Assembly: GCF_006345805.1 (NCBI RefSeq)
Contig: NC_043002.1
Span: forward strand, 53,940,001-54,004,000
DNA from: Octopus sinensis
Taxonomy: Eukaryota
Direction: 5' to 3'
DNA length: 64,000 nucleotides
The first letter of the stretch is position 1. Each line of letters opens with the position of its first letter. A program made the translations under genes and the position numbers. Under the pieces are notes generated by a model. The model was given only the letters and a program-made list of their open reading frames with translations, ran no database searches and was not told where the DNA came from. Positions 24,691-37,789 of the stretch are shown here, piece after piece.

Positions 24691-25520
24691 GAAGCTAGTT
24701 TTGGTCTTCAAATGACCGTGAAGACATCCTCCTTTAAACATTCAATCTATGTAAAATTATTTATTTTATGTATGCATCTGAGAGATGAAACAATGACTGC
24801 GCCTTTCTCATTTTCTAGAATATATAGATACTACGAAACGGTGTATCGCAATGGATATTTTATACCAAGAAAAAGCACACAGACACCCGCTTCCCAAAGT
24901 TATTGTTTGTGTTTTAATATACCACGGTAAGTATCTTTAAGAGGTTAGACAAGATAGTAAGATAACAGCCCATTATCGTTACGGTGGTAACGAGGAATAT
25001 TAGATAATTAGTCATAATACCTCGAGCGAGCGAGTGTCGTGTCAATAGCGTCGAGGTATAATTTTTTTCAGCCCGATTTTCGACCTTATTGCAAGCCTCA
25101 GTGGTTCTCCCTCCCAACTTTTTCGGAATCTAGACGTAGTGACAAAGACAATGATATACTAGCCTCGAAAATGGCCGGAGTGGCGCTTACTGCACTCTGT
25201 TACTAAATGCCTCATATGTACTGGTTAAATATGAGTTTCCAGTCACCAAAGTTCTTAACTGTGTTTACGTTGCTAAATTTTTATTTTCGAAATTTCCTCT
25301 AGTCATTTGTGCATTATTTTGCTTTTATCGAAGAAGGTAGTTACCTTATTGCTGAAAGTTCACCAAAATTTTGTTGGGTATCAGGATCTTTTTTCATAGC
25401 TGTCCTTATTTGCGTAATATATTATAGCAAATAGAACGCAAATCAGGGATTGGGGTTGCAAAAAATTCATAATTTCTAAAATTTTCTTATTTGTAGCATA
25501 TAAATGTTTTTATGGGGGAA

Positions 25521-25939
25521 AATACTTATTTCTTTATTGCTCACAGAGGGCTAAACACAGAGAGGACAAACAAGGACAGACAAAGGGATTAAGTTCGCTA
25601 CATCGACCATAGTGCGTAACTGGTACTTATTTAATTGACCACGAAAGGATGAAAGGCAAAGTCGACCTCGGCGGAATTTGAACTCAGAACGTAACGGCAG
25701 ACGAAATACCTATTTCTTTACTACCCACAGGGGGCTAAACACAGAGAGGACTAACAAGGACAGACAAACGGATTAAGTCGATTACATCGACCCCAGTGCG
25801 TAACTGGTACTTAATCGACCCCGAAAGGATGAAAGGCAAAGTCGACCACGGCGGAATTTGAACTTAGAACGTAACAGCAGACGAAATACCGCTAAGCATT
25901 TCGCCCGGCGAGCTAACATTTCTGCCAGCTTGCCGCCTT
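25521..25939 (-). mobile_element. SINE family 1 tandem dimer; second unit lacks the head
   Basis: Two body copies joined at gacgaaatacc|tatttcttt (~25710); a single head at 25890-25939. Confidence 0.85.
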
Positions 25940-26616
25940 CTGGGGGAAAATATTGAAAAACATCAATACATGCGAGTGCGATAAAGAAACGCGGATGGCT
26001 GTCTTTCGATGTGCTAGAAATAACAGCGAAATCGCCCTAAAATCACTCATTTTTTTTCTCTGAAAATATTAACAATTTTTTCTTTAATTTTTTTTAGCGA
26101 AAATGCTCTTCCCATGGTTTTGAAGTGCATAACAAATTGGCCAAAATAGGTCGGGAGTGGAATGATAAAGGAGAGGGTGTAAAAGAAAAAACGTTTTCAA
26201 AACTTTGTCATACAAAGATGCGCCACCAAGCACATCATTTCAAAGGCTGTGTTTTAAAAAGAATGGGAAAAATGCCCCCCAAAATTTCCCCACAAATTTC
26301 CTTAAAATCGTAATCTATGCCACTTGAAAGGGATTTATATACATTTTCATTAAAAGATACCGATTTTCCTGAAAGTTATGAGGGGAGAACTTCAGATCAC
26401 ATGAATTTTCTAAAACTCCTCTCTCCATCCCTCGGAAAAAAATTATTTCCCATAAATCACTATATTCTTTGAAGCCACAGCGTCTAAGCGGTATTTGTGA
26501 CAAATTTTGTTTAAAAATATCCATTTTTCTGGATGTTTTGAGGCAACAAGTTCGGTAATGCTCTTTTTTATACGAATTTTTCATTTCATGTTCATTTCAT
26601 TTATTGTTTGCAATGT

Positions 26617-26689
<73 letters not shown>

Positions 26690-26987
26690 GTGCAAAGCTT
26701 ACAGATAGGCTGCTGAATTGTTATCTCTACGTTGCTTTGAGGGGAAGGTAAAATTTAACAAATTACTTTTCCCTCTGTTGTTGGACTACCATGATGTTTG
26801 TTTGAAAGAGAGATGATGACTGTGATAAAGTAATGAAAACAATATTTACTAAGCAAGTGAGCAATATTATACAAAGAAATAATTAGACGTAAAATATAAA
26901 AAATTATTATAATTGGAAATCACATGTGAAAATATTATCAAGGGGCCAGCCGAAACCGCCCGGAGGGTGTCTTTCTGCCATTATATA

Positions 26988-27650
26988 TCTATAATAATAA
27001 ATGGCAAGTTTGGGTGTTTGTGAATTTGTTACTTTAACACCTCCGAGTCTATTCAACAGACCTTGATAAATCTTGACATGTGTGGAGCTTATGTTCAGGC
27101 GATCACTTACGTAATTGGAATTTTTTTTAAAAATCGATTTTTAATCAGAATCGATTTTTCAAGAACAGTAAAATTTCGGCATTTTCGCACTAGCTATCGT
27201 GACAATTTGAAGAAAAATGCTGAAATTTGACGAAAACTATTTCTTAGGTTTAAATAGACAGCTTATTAATGGTAATCTATTTAGCATTTGCTAATTCTTC
27301 ATTTCAATATGAATAGTTTTGATTAGCTAAAATTTATTATTTCCATTCGTTGTTTTAATTCCACAGCGTTTCAGGTTTTATGTAAGAGCATTTTATTTCT
27401 CAAGTAAAATTTAGGCATTTTGCACGCTAGACGTCAATTTCACAAAATCTGCCCCAAAGTGTAAACTTTCGCTATTTTACGCACATGCACATAAATGATG
27501 ACCACACGGGTTTGCTACCAGACCCTGCTCATTTTTTCGTCAAATTGGTCCTACCCATTAATATATATTTAAAATTTTTGAAAAATGTCGAAATTTGACG
27601 ATAAATGTTTCATGAATATAAACAGATATCTTATTAACAGCAATTTATAA
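26988..27650 (+). mobile_element. Probable non-autonomous Helitron; 3' end not identified
   Basis: A|TCTATAATAATAAATGG start and internal imperfect direct repeats; no clear CTAG or hairpin end. Confidence 0.35.
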
Positions 27651-28381
27651 ATTTCATATATATATATATATATAAGGAGAGTATAACGCTCAGGAATAGA
27701 AAAAGTATAACGCTGAGGAATATATATATATATATATGATGCAGGGCTGGTAGTATTTGTTTAGTATTCGCTATGTATAACATACATGTATGTATGTTTG
27801 GGCATTCTGTGTATTCAGGATTATGTTTTACTACTGCTTACAAAATTTTCAAGCTATAATTTTTTCACCATTACCATATCATATCCGCACCATTAACACC
27901 TACAAGGATTTCCATTACAACCCACAGCATTTACATTAACAGCAATAAGGGTATAAACGTTTTTTCATATAAATATTACTTCCTTATGAAAATGCTTTTT
28001 TGGCGTTTTGTTCTTACTTGTGTATACGTTGCGTGTTTGTTCTTGTAATTTGCAAGTATGGTTTCGAGTATTTATATTATATTTCTCCATCTATTTTTCT
28101 ATTTATTTCTATTTACTTTAGTCACTATTTCGTTATGTTTAGTGATGTGAGACTGATAGTAAGGAAATATAGGACAAAAATGGACGCGTTTATTAGCGAC
28201 TATAGGTGAAAATGTGAGTTGTGTGTAGGTGTTTGCCACTCTTTTTTGTTGCTGCTACTGTTGATTTCGATATTGTTACATTGTCTTCATCGTCTTTATT
28301 GTTGTAGTTGTTGTTAGAGAGTCTCAAGTATACACATACGCACACACACACACATATATATTTGTATATATGTATCTGTGT

Positions 28382-28720
28382 GAAGGCGCATGGCTCAGTG
28401 GTTAGAGCGTCGAGCTTACGATCGGAGGTTGTGAGCTCGAATCCCGGACCGGGCTGCGTGTTGTGTTCTTGAGCAAAGAACTTTATTTCACGTTGCTCCA
28501 GTTCACTCAGCTGTAGAAATGAGTTGCAACGTCACTGGTGCCAAGCTGTATCGACCTTTGTGTTTCCCTTGGATAACATCGGTGGCATGGAGAGGGGAGG
28601 CTGGTATGCATGGGCGACTGCTGGTCTTCCATAAACAACCTTGCCCGGACTTGTGTCTAGGAGGGTAACTTTCTAGGTGCAATCCCATGGTCAATCATGA
28701 CCGAAGGGGGTCTTTACCCT
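28382..28720 (+). mobile_element. Full-length tRNA-headed SINE family 2
   Basis: A-box tggctcagtgg and B-box-like gctcgaatccc, followed by the shared family 2 core and a unique 3' body. Confidence 0.85.
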
Positions 28721-28733
28721 TACTATATGTGTG

Positions 28734-28777
<44 letters not shown>

Positions 28778-29064
28778 AGTGTGTGTGTTTGTGTGTGTGT
28801 GTGTATACATTCAATTAATTTCCGTCTTCCGCCTTTTTTTACGCGTTACGACTGTATAATGCAATGTAAGAAACTTTTAGCTGCCATTTCTAGTGAATCC
28901 AGTGAAAATATAGACTTTCGCATTATCTTATAATTAACGTCTTTGTGTGTGAGTGTGTGTTGCGCGCGCGTTTGTGTGTGTGTGCATGTGTGTGTGTGTT
29001 CATGTGTTTATATATATGTGCGTTAGCAGAGGAAAATTTGCTGTACATGTGTCTATATATCTAC

Positions 29065-29470
29065 TGCAATAAGAAAAAAGAATAAAGAAACCATGGAAAA
29101 AAACAAAAGTCTAAGTACAAAAACCTGAGAAACAAAGAAATAGTGATAAACGTGTGTAAGATAGTAAGAATGTGAGAAAAGATAAGCAGTGTGAGGGAGG
29201 GAGAGTGAAATAGTGAGTGTGAGATAATCACATTGAATGTAATATATTCTACTGCATTCGAATGAAGCATCAGGCTAGTACTTCACATATTTTAAATAAC
29301 AGTTTCAGCCAGTTTTTCCAACATGTAGAATGTAAATTTTACTGCTTCACATTAGTTTTTTCTTCTGTTAACATTTTCCTGAAGAAAGACGTTGTCCGAA
29401 ACATCGGATTTCCACTTTCCACTGCAAATTCACTGCTCTCCTTTTATCAATGTTACTAAAATCTAGAATT
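29065..29470 (+). mobile_element. PLE pseudo-LTR-like fragment
   Basis: A-rich then T-rich segment next to a microsatellite, containing a hammerhead-like motif. Confidence 0.4.
29376..29408 (+). ncRNA. Degenerate minimal hammerhead motif
   Basis: UUC CUGAAGA A AGAC GUU GUCC GAAAC AUC GGA. The core is intact; one mismatch each in stem II and stem III. Confidence 0.45.
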
Positions 29471-30589
29471 CTTGTCAACGCAAACCAATACTACTCTCTT
29501 TGGCCTTTGATTTTTTTTTGCTGACAGTTTGTTTCTTAACCGCGTTACCGTGAGTTTGGCCGCCGATAATAAGGTTCTGATTTTCCTTAAAGCTTCAGTA
29601 GTAGTGATGAGGTAATCGAGACTTTTAGATAATTGGATAATTTAAGCTTATTGTTATCGGTTATTTTGGGTCATATGGTGAACATAGCAGCTCGAAGACT
29701 ATCGGTAGCGTAGAGAAAAAAATTGTTATAATGGATAAATTAATTTCTCTTATTTCCGAATTAATCTTTTTTATTTCCGAATTAATCTCTCTTATTTCCG
29801 TTATAGATTCCACGTTTATGGGACGATATTAATAGCTGTCACCGTTAAATAAACTAATACGGTGATATTAATAGCTATCACCATTAAATAAACTAACAGA
29901 AAACTTCAATAGTTTCAGCACTATAACATTTCAGTTTTCTTATTAACAGGCATTGAAAGGTTTTTACAATATGTATATTTTCTCAAACAGACAACTACAA
30001 TTGCGCACCCGAGAATATTCAAACAGAATACTCTGAGTCATACTTAGCATGGCATTTCTCTAGTCCTGGAGATTAAACGGGACAGTAAATTGGAATTTTC
30101 CTTTCCCCTCATTTCATTTACTTATATAAAATACACTTGAAGTTATTGGCTCTAAGATATGAATAATACCTCCAGGTATCACCATGTGGCGAGGGCTTCG
30201 CCTTATAGACACGTGCCTTGGGAAGACAGAAGCCTCTCAGTGGAAAGGTGGCTTGATTTTGTTGTTTGTAAAAGTCTTCCGAAAGTTTTGTTTTTGTACT
30301 TGTCCTGAGATGTTCAAAGCGATGGCGTTAAGTAATTCAAAGTTACGTTATATACATTAAAAATATTGCCGTACTGATTTGTAGTTGGGGAGTGCTCCAT
30401 TTTCAAGAATTTTTTAAAAGATTGGGTTAAACGGATGATTAGATGAGTCTATCTTTTTCTTCCTCACTTTTCTTGGGGATGAATGTGAGTGAAATACTGA
30501 TTAACTTAAGGAAAATCTGAAATATTACAAATCCACTATATTGAACTACATATAAATGCCTACTAGTTTTTCTCGGTATCACGGTGTAT

Positions 30590-31140
30590 GCAGGTATCTA
30601 TGTGTGTCTGTGTATGTATATATGTATGCATGTACGTTTGTATGTATGTATTCTGCATATTCATGTATTTGTGTGTTTGTATATGTGTGTGCGTGGTGTG
30701 TGTGTGTGTTTGCATGTGTGTGAACCTCTGTCTTCTTTTGTGTGGATGTCTGAGTGTGTATGCGTCTGTGTGTGTATGGGGTTTTGTGAATATGTACCGT
30801 GTCTGTCTGTATGTATGTATGTGCGTCTCCATATGTGTCCTTGTGTGAAGTAAAGAGTGTGTGCGTATATGGCCATGTGTTTCAGTCTGCATTGTAAACA
30901 GATAGACACACAGACGGATAGGTACATAGGCAATATGGACAAGCCCACATGCACACACAAAAACACATAAAAACACACAACCACATGAATATGCAAAATA
31001 CGTACATACAAACGTACACACATACATACATGCATTCAGACACATGCATGGATACATACATACATACATACATACATACATACATACATACATACATACA
31101 TGTGTATGCGCACACATACTGAACCACACACACGCATACA
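30590..31140. repeat. Compound (TG)n/(TATG)n/(CATA)n microsatellite region
   Basis: Direct inspection. Confidence 0.9.
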
Positions 31141-31149
31141 AACAAACAA

Positions 31150-31352
31150 AAAGAACGTAGCTCGGATAACGAACAGAGCCAACGACTACTGAAAAGGTTG
31201 CAGGACGCAACGAAACTTTTAGGAAAAATAAATACGTAAATGAGTAGAAACTTTACCAGTGAGTGTGTTTAATAACAATGCACTAAAAGAAAATGATTCT
31301 TCCCAGCCACAACAAAATATGCTTCAACACACGAACTCACAAAAAGAATCTT
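31150..31352 (+). mobile_element. Hairpin repeat family, copy C (no inverted arm), with hammerhead-like motif at 31186-31222
   Basis: CUA CUGAAAA G GUUGC AGGAC GCAAC GAAAC UUU UAG, followed by the same arm and tail as copies A and B. Confidence 0.65.
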
Positions 31353-31410
31353 GTAGTCGTGGTCATGGTGTTGGTCGTAGTGCTGGTGCTGGTACTGGTA
31401 ATGCAGATGG

Positions 31411-31450
<40 letters not shown>

Positions 31451-31540
31451 GAAGGCATTTTTCACGCTAACTACTTGATAAAGCCTTATAAAGATTTTAT
31501 CCTATTTTAAAATTATATATATATATATGTATATACATAC

Positions 31541-31595
<55 letters not shown>

Positions 31596-32249
31596 ATATA
31601 TATACATGCTTGTATGTACCTATGTACATATCTATGTACGTATGTATGTATGTGTGTGTATCTATACGTTCTGCATTTTCTTGTTAATAACTAGTTCACT
31701 GTTATTACCGAATGATAAGATGCGCCCTATAATTATCAAAGTGTATTTTGAAAAAGAATTGGGTCATTTAATAACGTATTATCAAAGTTTTATTTTTGTA
31801 AATATGCTTAATTTAGAACAAGATATATGTGCATTAACAAAACCTATTATATCTACTGCATATAGTAGGTTTTGTCCGGAATGCTTGCTCACATTCCAAT
31901 CACCAATAGTGGAATTTCAGAGATATTTCCAATGCCCTCTGAACCCCATTAATCAGCACTCTGTGCTACAGAAGTCAGCGGTGCGGTCACGACTCCATTA
32001 TATACAAAATAATTTGTATGAGATAAAATGCCAGTAATATCGCTCTACTTGAAGATTAATTTTTAATATGATATCAGTTTCTGAAGAGTGTTACAGACTG
32101 CAGAAGACTGTGCTATGTTTCTGTGTATTTAGTATAATATAATGTATATTAACAAATCAATTAATGGTATCATCTAAGTTATTGCTGTAGCCTTCTAGGC
32201 CATTCCTATATTCATAAACAATTTCATTTCTGTACCATTCATTGCATTA

Positions 32250-33060
32250 CTTATGCCAAATTTTTTAATACTTCTGTTTTCCCAGCTGCCTATGATGACA
32301 TTATAGGCAGCTTATTCCACGTTACTTGACTAAAACATTTGAATATCTTAATAACTGAAAATTTTAGTCGTTCGCGGAAATAACTGCTCCTTTAGTTTTC
32401 AGTCGCTCAAAATATTTCCCTCAATTCCTCTTGCTTTGCGGACCACGTAGACGTCGTAAACAAAATTTCTCCACCAATCATATTTTCACACTACCTCCGT
32501 CTACCAAAAGCCCGAGGGGTTCCTATTTTTAGGCCTGTGTTTTGGTTTAAAGATTATTAAGGTGGAAGATTTGAACAGCCTACACACATGGCCAAGTACA
32601 GTAGGTTGTTTTCTTATTTCTAGTTGTTTTTATTTTCAACAATTTTGTTCAGCTGTACATCGTACTTTAAGGACAGTACATTGTTGTCTTTTTGTCTTAG
32701 TTCGTAGTTTCCTTCATCACATATTTGCGAAAGTCCGAGTTTCAGTCCCTTCATATTCTTCAGGCATCTTCAATGCAATCATAGCCATTGCTCTCCTTTC
32801 ATGAAACAAAAGTAAGCACCAATAAGATCCAGCGTACTCATCTGCCAGTATAAGTTTTCTTTTCTGCCAATCATCTTACCTTGCACATTATCATCTTTAT
32901 TCAAACAGTAAGCTCTTTATGTTGTTGTTTATGCATCCATACTTTTATGGCTTCTTCTAGTTAAGAGAAATTTGATTTATCGTCTACAAATGTTAATTTT
33001 TTGTCATTCCTTTGTTATTTTAGAGCATCCACCTTCCTTCTTCCTTTTAAACATCGCTTA
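32250..33060 (-). mobile_element. pogo/Tigger-like transposase relic
   Basis: Minus-strand fragments LEEAIKVWM..Q..ELTV..KMI (CENP-B-type HTH-like), IALKMPEEYE..FRKYVM and TLIIFKPK; heavily disrupted. Confidence 0.55.
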
Positions 33061-33479
33061 ATTTCTATTATGTGGTGTCGTGGAGAGGGATTGTTTGAAA
33101 GACATAAGTGACATCTAAGCAACGGCATCAAGTTAGATGATATTATACCAGACTACGCCCTTCCCTCACGAAAAATATCAGGTATGTGACATCATCACTC
33201 TCATATCACCATAAACCAAAATAATGGTACTGTTACTGATGCCCATAAAACCTAAATTTCTCAGTAGTTCACATCAATGTATTAGATAACTCATGAATAT
33301 GGTAATCATAGCACTGGGATATATTTATTATGAGCAAAGTGAAACTGTACGCTTATATTACTAGAATGGGGTTCTAGTGAGTAATGGTCGCAGCTGTCAC
33401 ACTCCGCTCTCCTACCTGACATTTTTAGTAATAAGATGAAAGATGAAGGAGGGATAATTTCAGGAAAAAATTATGTCAA

Positions 33480-33769
33480 TTTATGCGTTCTGTCTATATT
33501 TTTGTTTGTGCGCGTTTGTATATTTGCCTTTGTGTATGTGTATGTGTGAGTGTGTGTGTGTGTGCATGTCTGTGTATGTATGTCTGTATGTTTGTGTGCG
33601 TATGTGTGTATTTGTGTGCATACCTATATATGTAGATTTATTGAAAAGGGAACGTATTTGGTACTTGATTGAATAAATGGGTAACTTGCTGTATGTGTGT
33701 ATATGTGATTTTGTGTGTGTGTATGCATGTGCGTTTGAGATATGTGTGTGTATGTGAGTGTATGTGATA

Positions 33770-33800
<31 letters not shown>

Positions 33801-33830
33801 GAGTGATGCGTGTGTGATGTGTGAGATAAG
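33480..33830. repeat. Degenerate (TG)n microsatellite region
   Basis: Direct inspection. Confidence 0.9.
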
Positions 33831-34039
33831 AAACTAATGTAGATAGTCTGACAGAGCAACAGGAAAACAATATATTACTTCGTGAATATTTTTCTGACCT
33901 CCCATGTTCTTTGAATTGTCGAAAGAGAAAATAAGAAACTGTGTTTTCTAAATTTGGATATCGATGTGGAAGTCAAAGAAAAGAATAATCCAACAATGTC
34001 CGTGCTTGGATTACATGATATATGTATTATTGGCACCGC

Positions 34040-34883
34040 CGCGACCGCTGTTTTTGTTGTTGTTGGGAATGATGAGAATTTGCGTTTGTTGTTGTTGTTT
34101 TAGTTGTCATTGCTGTTCCTACTAGCACTACAGCGTAGCCGCTACTCTCACTACCGTTTTCCTGAATGCTGCTGTTTCTTCTCGATACTATCCTTCTTTA
34201 CTTGCATTGACATTGTAACTGTCTCATTTTTCCAGTTATTGTTGCTGCTGTTGTTGTTGTTGTTATTGTTTTTATTGTTGTAGTTGTTTTGGTTCTTGTG
34301 GTGACGCAAGTAGGGATTGTTATGGCAGGATCGCTGTTACTAATGAGGAAGAGACTGACAACGACAACGATGATGAAGATGATAATGAAGAGGGCAACGA
34401 CGACGACGACAACAATGATGATGTTGAAGAGGACCAAGATGTGGAAGAAGAGAAAGGTGGTCGTGGTCGTGTTCGTGGTCGTCGTCGTCGTCGTTGTAGT
34501 CGTGGTCATGGTGGTGGTCGTAGTGCTGGTGCTGGTGCTGGTACAGGTAATGCAAATGGTAATTGCGAAGGGTGTAGTGGTTATGATGGTAATGGTAACT
34601 ACGAGGAAGAGGAGGGAGGGAGACGACAACGATGACGACGGTGACGGTGTCAATGACTATGGCAATGGTGTTAGCCACAATGCCGATGCGGACTGTATAT
34701 ATGATTAACATAAAGATTAGGATATCGTTGGCAATGGTGGTGCTTATGGTAGTGCTGTGGAAGACGACCACCGATGGCGCGGTTGACAACGGGGATGTTG
34801 ATAATGATGATGACGACGCGGAGGAGGACAAAGCGAAAGAGGACAATGAAGATGACGATGATGATGATGACGGTGATGCTGCT

Positions 34884-34942
<59 letters not shown>

Positions 34943-35079
34943 CGATGACGACGATGATGATGGTGATGATATTGATGATGATGAAGAGGGGAGGGGGAGG
35001 GAGCAGGTGGAACAGGAGGGGCAGGAGGGGCAGTTGCAGCAGCAGTAGCAGCAGTAGTAGTAGTAGTAGCAGCAGCAGC

Positions 35080-35126
<47 letters not shown>

Positions 35127-35618
35127 CAGTAGGAGGAGGCTAGGTGGGTATTATTGGCAAAGCTATACTTGGCAAAGCTTGTTTTCTTCGAATCACTCGT
35201 CCAGTAAACAAATTTAGAAAAGCAGCCATTAATAATTACAGTTTGTTACTGTTCTTCATTCTATTGACAGCGATGTTTTCCTCCATTCCAACATTGTCCT
35301 TGGTTCTGCATTTTGTTTGTTTCTTTGTTTACGTTTTCTTTTGTTTTACGATTTCTATTTTTTTTGTTTACTTTTTGTTTACAATATACACTTGTGTGGT
35401 TACTGTTGATCCACTGTGGTTAGTAATAGTGGTGGCGGCGGAGTTATGGTCATGGTAGTATTGGTGGTTGTGGTCACGGTGGTGGTGGTCACGGTGGTGG
35501 TGATCACGGTGGTGGTAGCGATGGTTTCGGTTGCGGTTGTGATGGTGGCGGTGGTGTTATTAAGACTTGTATTGGTAGCGGTACAACAGTGCTGCGGTTT
35601 TGTCTCTCATATTACATG

Positions 35619-35672
<54 letters not shown>

Positions 35673-35700
35673 TAGAGAGAGAGAGAGAAGGAGGAGGAGG
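34040..35700. repeat. Large mosaic of trinucleotide repeats (GTT, GAC, GAT, GCT, GCA, GTA, GGT)
   Basis: Direct inspection; source of the poly-V/D/M/S ORFs. Confidence 0.9.
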
Positions 35701-36214
35701 TAGAGATAGAGAAAGAAAAATAGGGAAGCAGATGAAGAGATAGAAACAAGATGTGTAAGGAAGTTTAGGTGGGGGGTTTTTTTTGGGTGGGGGGTGTTAT
35801 CTTTTATTTCATTTTGTTTAGCCCTTCGGCGATTCTTTTATTATATATCGAATCGTTTATTGTCAAAAAATATATCTCTTATTTGTTAAGACCGGTACTG
35901 ATGTGGTTGGAAAAATATTTGAATGCTATTTCTAGCATGCCATGCTGCCACGTATACGCATTTCATGGACCCAAGATGGCAGTGTATCGCAGCGTCGGCA
36001 AAGCGCCTTGCAAAGTGGCCAGTGTATTTTGCTACGTCTTTTTGTGAACCAATTTCATATTCTTGGCAATACATACATGGTGGTGGAGGGTTGGCAGTGG
36101 TGGTGTGATGGAAGTATTGGTGATGAAAAACGTTTTATAGAAAACAGATTAAATAAATACAGACCTTTACTTTGACAGGCTCTCAGATATTTTTCTCGCT
36201 TAGCGATATATTAA

Positions 36215-36348
36215 AATATTGTGTTCGATATACAGATATATGTGCTGTAATAGATAGACTACGGTAGAATAGAATACATACGTGTGTGTATACATACTGT
36301 GTGTGTGCGTATATACACACACACACACACGCACACACACACACACAC

Positions 36349-36394
<46 letters not shown>

Positions 36395-36578
36395 TATATT
36401 GTATATATATATGTATGTATATTTATATAATGTAGTTCAATGAAATATTGTGTTTGATATACAGATATATATGCTGTGATAGTTAGAGTGCAGTAGAACA
36501 GTGTATATAAATACACACATGTGTGTATACATATATGTATACACATACACTCACACACACACATAAACACACACACAC

Positions 36579-36626
<48 letters not shown>

Positions 36627-36764
36627 TTGTATGTATATATCTATGTATATTATATAATGTAGTTCAATGAAATATTGTGTTTGCTATATAGATATACGTA
36701 CTGTGATAAACTGCAGTACAATGGTATATATAAATACATACCTGCGTGTGCGTCTACATATATA

Positions 36765-36846
<82 letters not shown>

Positions 36847-36974
36847 TATGTCTATATACATATATATATATATTATATAATGTAGTTCAAGGAAATATTG
36901 TGTTTGATATATAGATATATGTACTGTGATGAACTGCAGTAGAAAAGTCTATATAAATACATACGTGCGTGTGC

Positions 36975-37062
<88 letters not shown>

Positions 37063-37063
37063 C

Positions 37064-37105
<42 letters not shown>

Positions 37106-37185
37106 AACATGAATATATATATATATATACACACACAAATATGTTGTATGTATATGTACGTATATTTATATAATGTAGTTCAATG
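36215..37185 (+). repeat. Four-unit complex satellite: conserved core plus variable microsatellite spacer
   Basis: Core aatattgtgtt(t/c)g at 36215, 36444, 36671 and 36894; each unit ends tataatgtagttcaa. Periods 229, 227, 223 and ~290 bp. Confidence 0.85.
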
Positions 37186-37669
37186 TTTTTAATATGATGC
37201 TCAATGCACAGAGTGCTTTTTTCTATATACTTCAATTGGAAGTTTCTGTATAACTCAAAGCGGCAATTTATTCCAATGTTGACTATATCTATACCACCCT
37301 GTGTAATATGTATCTCCTCACTGAATTTGGCACAGTTTGGACCTAAAAACATAGCTTAGACTGTTGCTTTAATTTTATTATTAAATACTGCACATTCCTC
37401 TATGTTGTTTCTGTGAAGATCAAAGTATCTATTTGAGATAAACGAATAGTTGTCACTTAAAATGCCTGAAATAGAAAGATACTGTTTTTGATAAATCAGC
37501 TTTAATATTTACCAACAAACCGAAAATACTCGCAAATTGACGTGAAACAAATTTATCATATATTCATTTAATGTTTTCACGTGCACACTCATAAAATTCT
37601 GTATCTAAGACACAGACATACACTCATTCAGTCATGCATACACACACACATACACACATGTATGTATAT

Positions 37670-37715
<46 letters not shown>

Positions 37716-37789
37716 AATATATATACACACACACACACACAAAGACGTTGTCAATATTCATACATGAGTCTTATAGCAGCGTAGCGTAG

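Noticed and set aside
28382-28455. tRNA gene (also 17621 and 38978)
   Set aside because: A and B boxes are present, but there is no full cloverleaf and each runs into a SINE body
30563-31210. 215 aa ORF and other YI/CV/HT-repeat ORFs across the window
   Set aside because: Dinucleotide and tetranucleotide microsatellites lack stop codons
34198-35622. Long ORFs rich in V, D, M, S, T (up to 168 aa)
   Set aside because: Translations of trinucleotide mosaics, open in several frames on both strands, with no domain or splice evidence
36215-37185. CRISPR-like repeat-spacer array
   Set aside because: Eukaryotic context, units over 220 bp, spacers are microsatellites, no cas genes
37190-37345. Possible minus-strand exon after tgtttttag ([17 protein letters not shown]...)
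   Set aside because: No recognisable protein similarity, no convincing donor, and the frame runs into the satellite
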